64,000 nucleotides of DNA from Catajapyx aquilonaris (lineage: Eukaryota): NCBI GenBank assembly GCA_000934665.2, contig KZ538503.1, forward strand, positions 1-64,000, written 5' to 3'. The translations under genes and the position numbers were made by a program. Under the pieces are notes generated by a model. It saw only the letters and a program-made list of their open reading frames with translations, was not told the origin of the DNA and made no database searches. Of the stretch, positions 53,353-64,000 are shown in pieces. Each line of letters opens with the position of its first letter. Positions within the stretch are counted from its first letter, which is position 1.

Positions 53353-54365
53353 ACAAAATCCTTACTTATTATATGTTTCTCGAAATTGGATAATTCCTAG
53401 GGCTATATACAACAATCATGTGGCGATAATTATCCAATTTTAATGCTCAAATGTCATGTGAATTTCTTGTGAAATGTATTGTTGGCATTACGTCACCTAA
53501 ATGCAATTATTGGGTCATCTAAATGCTTCTCTAAATAATTAGCAACGTCGCCTTAAATTGCTCAACTTGTTAATTTTCAAACGGCATAAGAGTAAGCAAC
53601 TACAATTCAAAATAATAATTAATGAGGGCCAGCCCTTATTATTAAAAATTCATTTAAAATAAACAATAATTTGAAGAGAGTACTGGAAAATAGTATTCCA
53701 AAGTTTTTTCAAAGTTGACAACTTGGAAAAAAATAATTCCATCTTCGAATCACAAGTGTACTGAGAGCCAAAATCCTCAAAATATTTCGACTATAAAATG
53801 CGTAATACCTTTTGGTATATCCTGTAGCTGGTTGAGTGGGAAGAAGAAAAGTCTAACGAGCTTCACTAGTCAACCAGCAGGAAATTTTTTTTTCCTCCAA
53901 AAGTTTTCTTTCGACCTCCCCCCCCCCCTCCCCTTTTCAGTAGAAAAGTGTACGACGTCTCTTTGGATGACTTCTCCTCTGGCACAAAACGGCGGTGGGG
54001 AGGGGAAGAAGGAAGGGAGGGAAAATCCGGTGAAATCTACCAAGTGGGCTTTGGTTCCATTCCGGTTGATCTCTCTTTCCCTCCCCAAAAAATCTTTGGC
54101 CGAGTCTAGAGAGAAACTGGGGTACCTGCAACTACATCTCCCTCGCAGTTTGGTCGCTGAGTAAGAGGCATGACCTATGATATTGCGCTCTTCTAATAGC
54201 CCGGGAAAAAAAGTAGAAGGGTCGGGCCTCCACTACCTAACTTCTTAAACGACGAAATATGTAGGCCTACGCTGCTCGGAATGGCCCGTGTAGGTCTAGA
54301 GAGAGAAAAGAGACGGGCCATTTACCAAATCGACTCGATATAGGCCATAAAAGCCAGAACTAAAT

Positions 54366-54561
54366 TCCTAATCATATATTGGCTTGCCTGTGACTCTAGT
54401 TGTCCGGGGTGAGTCATCATCTCATGTTCATGTAGTACCAATTTCCCCCGCACGACCGTCAAGTGGCAGTAGTGGGCAGAGAGGGAGGATGCGCCATCTA
54501 TGGGAGGAAAATAGCACATCGTTAAAATCTTAGCCAAAAGCTGGCAAGAGGTTCACTCTAG
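54366..54561 (+). mobile_element. Helitron-like family H2 copy (short variant)
   Basis: TGTCCGGGGTGAGTCATCA..GTGGCAGTAGTG..GCGCCATCTATG core, a degenerate hairpin, then CTAG|T. The 5' end is approximate. Confidence 0.65.
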
Positions 54562-55689
54562 TGTCTAGTACAATAAAATGCCATAAGTATTTCGCTCTTG
54601 CTGTAGTAGTACAGGAATATTGTGGAGTTGACAATACACTGTGTGGACCAGGACGTATCATACACTGTAAATGTGTGTAGCAAGATTATTATTTGCTTTT
54701 AAAAAAATCGCTCGCTTGAGTGCATCTTTTGTTCGTGAATTCCGGTCAATGTCACTGCTATTTTTGGGCTCCTAATTTGAACGCAGACCGCACTTGACCC
54801 TGGCCGGAATATCCTTGTAAACCCCTGTGACAACATGGAAGGCACCTCGATATATGGTTCCTCCTCCTTCCCACCCTTCATATAATCGGCATTTAAAATT
54901 CACAGACCCACCTCCTACTCCTTCTTGGCCGGACTTAACTCCAAAAGTGCTCCCATGATTCTTCATGAACCGCACCTTCTCGTCGCCAAAAAAAAAATAG
55001 AAGGAAGTTTTTTTTTTTTTAAAAAAAAAAGAGATCTAGATTCCTGAGAGTAAGGAAGTTCACCTCGTGGATTCTTGGGTTGAGGTTCTTTGAAGGAGAA
55101 AATTTGAATAGCGGAAGAGTGGCGAGTGGGGGTCTCGGCGAGAAGGAATGGCAAATTGGGCCAAGATCCGGAGTGGGCCAAGGCCACACCAAACCCGGAA
55201 CCCAAGAAGTTGAAGAAGCAGACACGAAGAAGTCTGAGATGAAGGATTGAAAGAGAGAGAGAGAGAACCAAGCTTCGTCGAAGGTCGACCAAAAAATTCC
55301 TGACCGACATCCTATTTTTTTTTCGCCTTGAAGAAAATAAAAGAAAATCCGGCGATGTAGTTCTTCCTTTCTCCGTACAAATATTACCTGGCAGCAAGGC
55401 CGAGGACCAAGTTCAAGGCTGATTGAAATGAAGTTCCGGAAACGCCCGAGAAATGTTCGAAGCCCCGTAATAAACCAGTCTCCCTGAAAAAGGATCGTGA
55501 TCCGACTGTCAATTTCTTACATTCCTGGTACCCTCCCCTCCCACCTTCTCCAAAACTGATTAATTTCCTCGGCCTTCCGGTGTGCTAAGGCCATCCCTTG
55601 CCCTTCACTAAACAACAGAGCATTAATTTCAACCAAATAAATTTCATCCGAGGACCTTGGCCTCCTCAACAATATGGGTGTGGGAGAAA

Positions 55690-56490
55690 CGATAATATCG
55701 AAGTAACAGCGACTGCTACTCAAAGTAGCAGTGATTCATTCCAGTGATAAGCAGCAGTGACTAACTCCAATGATAAATAAAAGTATAATCCCCAGATATA
55801 AGTAGCAGTGATTGATTCCAGTGATAAGTAGCGGTTCTTGTGTGAGGTAACTTACTGTATTTAATTTTTTTGTAATTCAGTTTTGTAATATCAAGAGCTT
55901 GGTAATATTGAAGTAACGGCGACTGCTACTGCTACTCAAATTAGCAGTGATTGATTCCAGTGACAGGTAGCAGTTTCCTGTGTGAGGTGCTGTATTTAAA
56001 CTTTTTGTAATTATTATTTTTACTGTAGTATTGAACAACAACAGCTACTTTGAGTAGCAGTAACAGTCGCTGTAAAATATTACAAAATTAACTCAACTTA
56101 ATTAAATTAAATTTCATTAATTTAGTTAAAAAGTAGCAGTGATTGATTCCAGTGATAAGTAGCAATTTTCTTGTTTGAGGTGCTGCATTTAATTATTTTT
56201 TTGCCTTTTTAATGCAGTGTTCGTACTTAATTAATGCAGGTCCGCACCTTATTGAGCTCTGTTATTAAAAATTTAAATCCTATCAGGCATCGAATGATGC
56301 CAGAAGTAATTAATCTCGGGGATAAGTAGGAGTGACTGATTCCAGTAAATAAATATAACAGTTCTTGTTTGAGGTGCTGCATTTTTTGTGTGCATATTTT
56401 GTGCAGTGTTCGCACTTAATTATCGCCTGTACCAATCCCTGCCTGTACCTTGTTGGACTTAGTTATTAAAAACTTAAATCCCATCAGGCC
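55690..56490. repeat. Complex tandem repeat (AGTAGCAGTGATTGATTCCAGTGATA core)
   Basis: The core recurs about six times inside longer diverged units. Confidence 0.82.
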
Positions 56491-57979
56491 ATAGAGCGAC
56501 GTGGGATCCAAAAATTAATCAGTGTCGAAATGAATTTAGTATGGATTGTTCCCAACAGGTTGAAGGGGGGTTTAACCCCTATAGGGTTGAATATTGTCAC
56601 AAGGTGAATGTCAGACCACAGCAGCCTCACTCGACTAAATAATCGGATTGGCCTGAGTCCGAGGGGGTCCCTTTTGAATGGGATTTGGCAGTGCGGAGAA
56701 TAAGGATGCCCCATCACATAATAATAATAGCAATAATAATAACGTGCAAGAGGGTGGGGGGGGGGGGTAATGAAGCGCACGTTATGCATGTCGGCGTGTA
56801 ATCGGTGGGGACCTCGCTTCGGCAATAAAACGTTGGCCATGACGTTGTTCAGTGTGGAGAAAACGCCTTGATAAGGAAAATCACGTTGCGCGGATTCATC
56901 TTCCACTACATTTACTACGAGCTCCGGATGATTCCCTCTGGACCAAACCAGCTGCAAAACGCAATTCTGGGGGAGGGGGGGGGAGGGTATGAAAAGCACC
57001 CCCTTTTCTCTATATAAACTGCAACAAGAAATCTTTGAAAAATTCTGTCTAATTTACATGTTCGTACAGAGGCAACATCATACTGTATAGTCAGATTAAG
57101 CAACAAAATTTTGGTGGGGGATATGTACGGTACAATCAACACTACGTGCCTGGGTCACAAATGAGGAAATGAAACAGATCTAGGGTCTGATTGGCCCATT
57201 TCCACACTCATATCAGGCGGGAAATTCAGTTTATTTGATTGGCTCTCTCTCTCTCTCGCAATTTGTTCCAATCGTACAATTGAATTGTCCCAAGTTAGCC
57301 AATTCTTTGAGTATACATGGCTTTAAAATATTCTCCAGCCTTGCGCATTTTCATCGCAACAAAATTATGCAACAAAAGCACTTTTTACCCACTCCTAGCG
57401 CAAAAAAATAGAGTCGCAAGTTGAGCCTGGAAGCCTTCCCCCTTCCCCCGGATGGCTGAGAAGTCGGGGCCTGTCCGGAATGTCCGGATTAATCGCGCCG
57501 GAAAGCGGCTGGAAATGTGTAGGAAGAGCAGGCAAGAAGTCATAAAGGGCGCTAATTTGAGAGGAGGACGACTGAGGAATGACGAGATTATCTGCAGACA
57601 TGAGCTTCTCTCTCTCCCTCTCCCAAACAGCCTTCAGATGACGTGTCCCCCCCTCCCAACCAAGCCTTTTTTTCCGTCCCCCCCTTTTTTTTAAAGTCCT
57701 CGAATTCCCAGGCCCCTCCTCCCTACTACTATCTGCACGACAATTAGCACTCTTGCACTGCATAAATTATACCTCCCAGACTCTCTTCATTTGTCACGCC
57801 CTTGAGATAAAAGCAGAGCACAACTTCGGCCCTCTACACAACTATTTGGGGGGGGGGGGGCGTATGTTGGCTTCATCCAATGAATGCATCGGATAATTGA
57901 GGGGTGCGATGGAAAAAACGTGATAACCCACAAAAGTGTAATATTTCAGGAGAGAGCTAATTGAAGTTTGCACTAATGA

Positions 57980-58220
57980 CAAGTAGTACGATATGCTACT
58001 ACCAGTTGGCGTATAGGCTGTCCCTCTGTACACTACTGCTGCTCTAAAAGGGAAAGTAGTACTACATGCACGTTGGTGATGAGTCGCCGAGCGGACAAAG
58101 CCCACCAGCGCCTGTTTCGCCTCTATTGACCGCTCTCTGACCGCTAATAACTGTTGAACGGTGAAAGTGAAACCTATGGTAACTACTACCTATAGCCGAT
58201 TTGTCAACACGTGTACAGTA
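57980..58220 (-). mobile_element. Helitron-like family H2 copy (partial)
   Basis: GTAGTACTACATGCACGTTGGTGATGAGTC..CGGACAAAGCCCACCAG is the reverse complement of the H2 core. Confidence 0.72.
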
Positions 58221-59029
58221 GTATGGTAGCTGAAAGGTGTTAAAGGTATAAAAAAAATGACAAAAATGTGGGTTGTCACTTTTTCCACCAAACCTCTCAT
58301 TATGCCTGGTCGGATTTTATTTATTTTTTGACAAAAATCTTGCGAGTGTTGGCCCAGTTTCTAGGACTATTGACAGTCGCCTAGGGGCCGGGAAAGCGAT
58401 ATTTTCCGTGTGTCTGTTTGCTTCCAAAACTGTTCCTCAGTCCGGAAGCAAACATTCGGAATTAATCTGGACTGGTAGTGCTGAGGAAAGCACGATGTCG
58501 CCAAAGGGGACAGAAGGAGACAGGGTGTCCTGAGGGAGGAGGTCAACATCCTTCAAACTCCCCCCCCCCCTCTTTTTAGCCGTCTGTGTGTCCGCGGTGC
58601 CAAATATTTGTTTTCCAATCTCGCCAGGAGAGCAAGGAGTTCCTCTCTTTTTTCTCTCTGTGTCTGGGTCGATAGCACGTGTTTTTTGTGGATGGGACCC
58701 CTCCCTTCATCTTGTGCACTTGCCAACCATCTCTCTAGGAGAAAGTTACTCCGGGGCGCCCCCAGAAAGTCTCGAACCGGGGAAAAAAATGGAGAGGAAT
58801 AATGGGGGACAAATACTTCCGGGGAGCTCCAGAGAAGATATTTCCAGGAGAGATTTTTAAAAAATGGATTCGACATCGCCTCTTCCGACAAAGTACACGA
58901 ACTGTTCCTTTGCACACAAAAAAAACGTGGGATAACAAAGGGAAAAGGCCATCTTGTTTAGAAAAACCGCACATATTTCAGCCAGTGTTTGTGTAAGAGT
59001 TGGGCTTCAGGGCACTCGCCTTCTAAGAT

Positions 59030-59412
59030 TTCCAATAACAGCCGTTGAAAATAATATTTTGATAACTGATATTGAAAACAATATTACAATAATAACAGCT
59101 GCTGAAAATAATATTTCGATAACTGCTGCTTGAAATAATATTTCAATAACAGCTGTTGAAAATAATATTTCGATAACTGATGCTTGAAATAATATTTCAA
59201 TAACAGCAGTTGAAAATAATATCACGATAACTGATGCTTGAAATAATATTTCAATAACAGCAGTTGAAAATAATATTTTGATAAAATAATGACTTTGAAA
59301 CTGATATTTCAGTAACATCTGATGAAAACAATATTTCAATTGCAGATGTTTCAAATAACATTTCAACAACAGCTTTTGACAAAACAATAGTTCAATATAA
59401 CAGCTGTTGAAA
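59030..59412. repeat. 27-bp minisatellite with alternating monomers
   Basis: AAATAATATTTCAATAACAGCWGTTGA alternates with AAATAATATTTCGATAACTGATGCTTG. Confidence 0.92.
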
Positions 59413-59438
59413 TATACTCTTAGAAGAATGTTGCCTAT

Positions 59439-59657
59439 CAGGGGTCGAATCTCAAATATTTTGTCCGCGTGCAGAGTTTGCATTCCAAATGAAAGTCTGG
59501 AGTGCAAATTACTTACTTGGAGTGCTTAATTTTTAATTATTGGATTGAGCAATGTTAAAAAGCAGTACCAAATGGAGTACAAACCTTGCACTCCATGGCT
59601 CACTTTGGAGTGCAAGTAACAATTTTGAAGTGCCTGCATCCTAATATTTCGTCCCTA
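59439..59657 (+). mobile_element. hAT-like MITE family M3 copy 2
   Basis: CAGGGGTCGAA...TTCGTCCCTA termini. Collinear with 31868-32083. Confidence 0.65.
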
Positions 59658-61034
59658 ATGTATGTCATTGCCACACGCAACAATAGGGCCTGTAACCAGA
59701 TTTATGAAACCCAATTTTTTTTGACAATATATTGCACACAGTGTAGGAAATGTAGGACACTAGGTCGTTCAGCCTTTACTCGGTTACGATCATATTAATC
59801 CGATATTAATAGGTCGTCTCCAAGGATTACTGGGGGGGACACTTCATCACGAGGATCAAAGCGAATGCCGTTACTGGCAGGAAACTTTGTTTGAGAGCTG
59901 GGTGGGGGGTGAGGGGGTGTATGGCAGAGGGGGGAGAAGGGCATCAAAGTGAGGGAGGGGTAAAAGTTGGGGGTAAAGTGCAGGCAGGTCATTTCCAGCG
60001 GCCAAATAGCCTTTCAGATCGGGTCGGTAGCGAAAGTGGACGTGGTCGAGAACTCTTTCCGAAAAAGAGAGAGAGAGAGAAAAAAAAGTGGTGAAGAAAA
60101 AGGGTTGACATAGTTACTCAAATGACCTCAGAGAGATTGGATGGTCCGGATCCCAAATAGTCCGGAAATGACATCTTGAACCGGTTGGGTGGAGCATGTC
60201 TTGTACTTACTAATCTGATGTATTTTCAGCCACTTGAACTCGGGTACTGACTTCACAAGCGAAAAATCAGGATAATGAACAAAATATATGACACTGTTCA
60301 TTAAAATGTCAGGATTAATTTAGAGCACGACGTTCAGTTTTAATCAATGTATAAATTATGCATGGGCCTCTGTTTGTCCGCGGCAAATCACCAGTAGTGT
60401 GCAGAGCGCCAACTATGTGACACGTAAGGTACTACGTATGTCCACAGTCGGGGGGCCAGGGCAGTGTTGCCAAGTGATTACATATTTTTAATTAATTTGC
60501 ATTGAAACAACATCCATGATGTATGCACCCAAATGAATGCAATTTAAAAAAATATTATGTGATATTGTGCTTACATTGGGAGTACCTGTATCCCTTGATA
60601 ATACAGGTGAGGACTCGATTAATGAAGAAGTCCCTTCACGTCCCAACACCACTCCGTATTTTTTTTTTGCGCCCCAGAAAAGATTCCTCCAGTAGATGAT
60701 CTGATTGTGGCGACAACTTCCTTTTTATTCCAAAGCTCCCCCCATTAATTAGGCAGTAGGCAAGATGGTGCTGAATCCGCTCAATCAAGCCAGCCCCACC
60801 TCCCCATCGACGACTCGTTAAGAATTCATGATCTCACCTCTCTCTTAATTAAACCCGCCTTCCTTCTTTACACTTACAAAGGCGAGGAAAACCCAAGTGA
60901 TGTAGCTGAAGCACCGTTTTTTTACCTAATAGAAATAAACACTCCTGATCAGCCCAATCTAATGGCCGCCACTTCTCATAATTATCATCAATTTAAAGAT
61001 CTGAGGCCTATAGAGAGGAATATCTTTTTAGCCA

Positions 61035-61302
61035 CTATATATAGTAGCAGAAAACTATAGTTCGTCTCAAGGGCATGAAATGGGTACGAAATGGGTATAA
61101 AATGGACAAACATGGATTTTCATATACCCATTTTGTACCAATTTTATGTGTTAATACCCGTGCGAAGAACTGGTTCCCTGCTATTATCTTCTATGATATA
61201 AAATGCAATGTTCGTTTGTTTGTTTGCCCATATTTTATACCAATTTCGTATCAATTTTAATGTGCTCTTTAATACCATTGCGATGAACTGGTTCCCTGTT
61301 AT
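61035..61302 (+). mobile_element. Two tandem mini-Helitrons with H1-type 3' ends
   Basis: CCCGTGCGAAGAACTGGTTCCCTGCTAT ends at 61184, followed by A|TCTTCTATGATATAAAATGC...(GTTT)n...CCATTGCGATGAACTGGTTCCCTGTTAT ending at 61302. The start of the first unit is approximate. Confidence 0.6.
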
Positions 61303-61326
61303 AATTGAGTAATTTTTTAAATATTT

Positions 61327-61387
61327 TACCCCGTGATTTCCCTTACGGGAGCTATAAGGGGGTGGCATACCACCATCAGTTTTCTGT
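61327..61387 (-). mobile_element. Isolated SINE/LINE 3' tail related to the 18.8-kb SINE
   Basis: TACCCCGTG...AGGGGGTGG(C)ATACCACCAT...TTTTCTGT matches 18789-18849. Confidence 0.6.
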
Positions 61388-61430
61388 ATATATTTTCACT
61401 TCATTCACCGGTGCAGGGAAACAGATATAA

Positions 61431-61553
61431 CCTCCTGAGACCCCTGGTACAGTATACTGTACCTCTGCTTTTTCCAGCACCTTCTGACTAACTCAAACGC
61501 GTAAAAAAACAAAAACAAAGGTGATTGAAAGGTGTACTAGGGGTCTCAGGAAG
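61431..61553. mobile_element. piggyBac-type MITE (123 bp)
   Basis: ATAA|CCTCCTGAGACCCCTGGTACA...TGTACTAGGGGTCTCAGGAAG|ATAA. It has a CC terminus and a 4-bp TTAA-like duplication. Confidence 0.75.
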
Positions 61554-61804
61554 ATAATTATGTAATTACAGACAAATAAACTTTGCATTTTATATAATTA
61601 TAGATAGATAATAACAAGGAATAAGATCTTCGCATAAAATGGGCATAAAAAACAAAGTTTAGATATTCATATTGATAAATAAATGGATTTTTTCTTTCTT
61701 TTATGAACTTTCTGTGGACGTGTTGTTGAAGTTTATTTTTAATGCTGCATTTTGAGACCTCTGATTAATTCTTTTTTCCCCCCCGTCTTTTTATCTTCCT
61801 GTAG

Positions 61805-61904
61805 CTTGGATGCTGGGCTGGGTGATGTGCAAGACGGTACCGTACGTGCAAGGAGTGGCCGTGGCAGCCTCGGTCTACAGCCTGATAGCAGTCTCCCTCG
61901 ACCG
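61805..61904 (+). CDS. SIFaR: Internal exon of a class A neuropeptide GPCR (ECL1 + TM3), SIFamide receptor-like
   Basis: Polypyrimidine tract ending ...tcttcctgtag (AG at 61803-61804) and donor gtaagt at 61905. Phase-1 entry and phase-2 exit (2+96+2 nt). Translation (x)[32 protein letters not shown](R) has the ECL1 WxxG motif, the conserved TM3 Cys and the DR of the DRY-type motif. It closely matches arthropod SIFamide receptor TM3 as I recall it. Orthologue versus paralogue cannot be resolved from one exon. Confidence 0.92.
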
Positions 61905-62084
61905 GTAAGTGAGTGAACGCAATGCACGCAAGTATCGCACTTTACCTGCAGCAAAATGAGATGAAAGTAGTGGCATGGCGCAGGGCAGGGCGCAATCCGG
62001 GCCAGCAGGAGGGGAAGGGGGTAGGTACCCCTACTCCCCAGTATCGGATTTCACCAGAGCTGCAGCCGGGCCTACACCCCAGAT

Positions 62085-62166
62085 GCAGTCTTGGCCGAGT
62101 GGTTAAGGCGTTGGACTTGAAATCCAATGGGGTTTCCCCGCGTAGGTTCGAATCCTGCAGACTGCG
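62085..62166 (+). tRNA. tRNA-Ser, anticodon TGA (82 nt, long variable arm)
   Basis: Acceptor stem GCAGTCT/AGACTGC with discriminator G. A-box TGGCCGAGTGG. Anticodon arm TTGGA-CT-TGA-AA-TCCAA (TGA at 62118-62120). Variable arm GGGG-TTT-CCCC. T-arm GTAGG-TTCGAAT-CCTGC. Confidence 0.97.
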
Positions 62167-62173
62167 ACATTCG

Positions 62174-62181
62174 TTTTTTTT
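62174..62181 (+). terminator. RNA polymerase III terminator (T-run) of the tRNA-Ser gene
   Basis: T8 run starting 8 nt after the tRNA 3' end. Confidence 0.8.
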
Positions 62182-62523
62182 CTTCTTCTTCTTTTTTTGA
62201 TACGGTCACCGAGTTTCCTTCACGGACGACTTGGCGACCTTGCTTCCGGATCGCCTCCCCCAACAAAACTCCCTACACGCTTCCAAGCACCCGACAAGTG
62301 TCAAGAACATCCATTACCAGCGATTAATCGATTTCCGTTATCTTAAGCTCGAGCTGGAAAGACAATCAAATCTCCTACCCTCCTCAAGTCCAAGGCCTGC
62401 TCACGAGGCTTTGCAATATTAATAACATCGGGATTCGCAGAAACTTGAGGCAGTACAATCGTGGAAAAGGAGTAAGTTAGCAGACCTGAAGCTCAAATTA
62501 GCCTCCAAGAGAAGCGCTTACTA

Positions 62524-63216
62524 CACTGTAAATCGCAAACCATTATACAGGGTGTTTCAACTTTTTTGTGCGAACAGTTATCGGAAAATTGCGCCTAGCT
62601 GCTACTTTGCAAGCAGTGACTTGCAACCGGTGATTTGTCGGAGGAATGGGGAATGGGGGAAAAAGAGTGTCACACATCCCATGGCATGTGTGACCCTCTT
62701 TTTTCCAGGCTTGACCCTCAATTTTCAGCGGGTATGCCACTTCAGCCTACGATTCGCAGAGAATATTCCCCGTTCCTCCGAAAAATCACCGTTTGCAAGT
62801 CACTGATTACAAAGTAGCAGCTACGTGCAATTTTCCAATAACTGTTCGGACAAAAAAATTGAAACACCCTGTATAAGAGCATCCCTACTGAGTCCCATGT
62901 AACACCACTTTTAATGCTCTTGTAATGTTCTTGTTACTTTTTAGCAAAAAAGCAGTACAAGAGCATTACAAAAGCACGATCAAAGCATCAAGGAACTTCA
63001 ATTTTAATGCTCTTTAATGCTCATGTTATGTGAATGTTATGCTCTTGTGATGCTCTTATAATGCTCTTATTGCAAGGTTTTTATTGCTCTTTAGTAACAA
63101 GAGCAATATCAAAGCATCATGGAATGTCAATTTTTAATGATCTTTAATGCTCTTGTTTTTGATGATTTTAGCAACAAAAAAGCATCACAAGAGCCTGAAA
63201 AATGGTTTTTACATTG
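62524..63216. mobile_element. MITE family M2, expanded copy interrupted by M1 copy 3
   Basis: TA|CACTGTAAATCGCAAACCATTA, then [M1], then amplified TAATGCTCTT/AAGAGCAT repeats, ending TTTTACATTG. Confidence 0.68.
62548..62871. mobile_element. Tc1/mariner-type MITE, family M1 copy 3, intact TA target-site duplication
   Basis: TA|CAGGGTGTTTCAA...TTGAAACACCCTG|TA with long terminal inverted repeats. Confidence 0.92.
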
Positions 63217-64000
63217 GTGGTGCTCTTTTAATGCTTTTTGGCCATTTGTAGTCACGATGAGGAGGCTAGTTTGAGCTTCAGGTCCATTAATGTGAAGCTT
63301 GGGAGTTAGCCTACGGGAGAGGTTCCATCTACCTCACGAGTAGTGATGATGAGGCTAATTTTAGTTTCAGGTCTGCTACCTTACTCCTTTCTACTTAATA
63401 CACTATCCCGACTCTTAAAACTTTTTTAAAGAAGCATTTGTGCTAGTACGGCCTTGAAAAGACTCGGAAGGGGGGTATAGGAGGGGTGGAGTTAACAGCA
63501 TTTTTAGTCGGCAGTAAGGGTCAGGAATAGCACCGGTGAAGAGCGTGACTGAGCCTGGAAAACTCTCGATTCCGGACAAAAAGCGATCGTGACAGGCCCA
63601 GTTTACACAAACTACCTTAATTTTTACGGCCGGTGCTTTTTCCGCCCAGGGAATTCTCGAGTAAGTTTCAAGGGACAGACCCTCCCCCCCCCTCGCCCTC
63701 CACCACAAAACGATGACCTTCACCTCAATCCACGCAACTTCTTTTTTTAAAAATCATCGCAAAAATAATAAATTGGGTTGGTTGTACCGCACATATAAAA
63801 GAGGAAGGAAAAAAACCCTGGTTGAATGAGATCAATTACAAGACCTGTAGTGAATCGCTTCAGTTAGGAATTGAGTTTGTGGGGGAATAATCTTGTTGGA
63901 AACTTTTCTTTTTCCTTCCCCCCCCCCCCCATGAAACGTGACTCTCATTACTGAAAAAAAACCCGTCGGCCCAGTACTTATCCAACTTTATTGTATCATA

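Overview
This is eukaryotic (arthropod-like) genomic DNA with no prokaryotic gene structure, and I found no credible gene among the supplied six-frame ORFs. The one well-supported coding sequence is absent from the ORF track: a 100-bp internal exon on the + strand (61805-61904) encoding ECL1/TM3 of a rhodopsin-class neuropeptide GPCR that closely resembles arthropod SIFamide receptors ([33 protein letters not shown]). I saw no TM1-2 or TM4 exons, so most of the window is probably very large introns of this gene. An intact tRNA-Ser(TGA) lies 180 bp downstream of the exon. The rest is host sequence interleaved with nests of short non-autonomous transposons: two Helitron-like families, Tc1/mariner-, piggyBac-, hAT- and P-like MITEs, and a tRNA-derived SINE, plus minisatellites. 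The most interesting oddities are a duplicated, phase-compatible candidate terminal exon, a near-perfect foldback element with convergent TATA/YY1-like motifs, repeated Helitron insertion at the same spot of another transposon family, and a Helitron family carrying CTCF-like motifs. All alignments were done by eye and no database searches were run.
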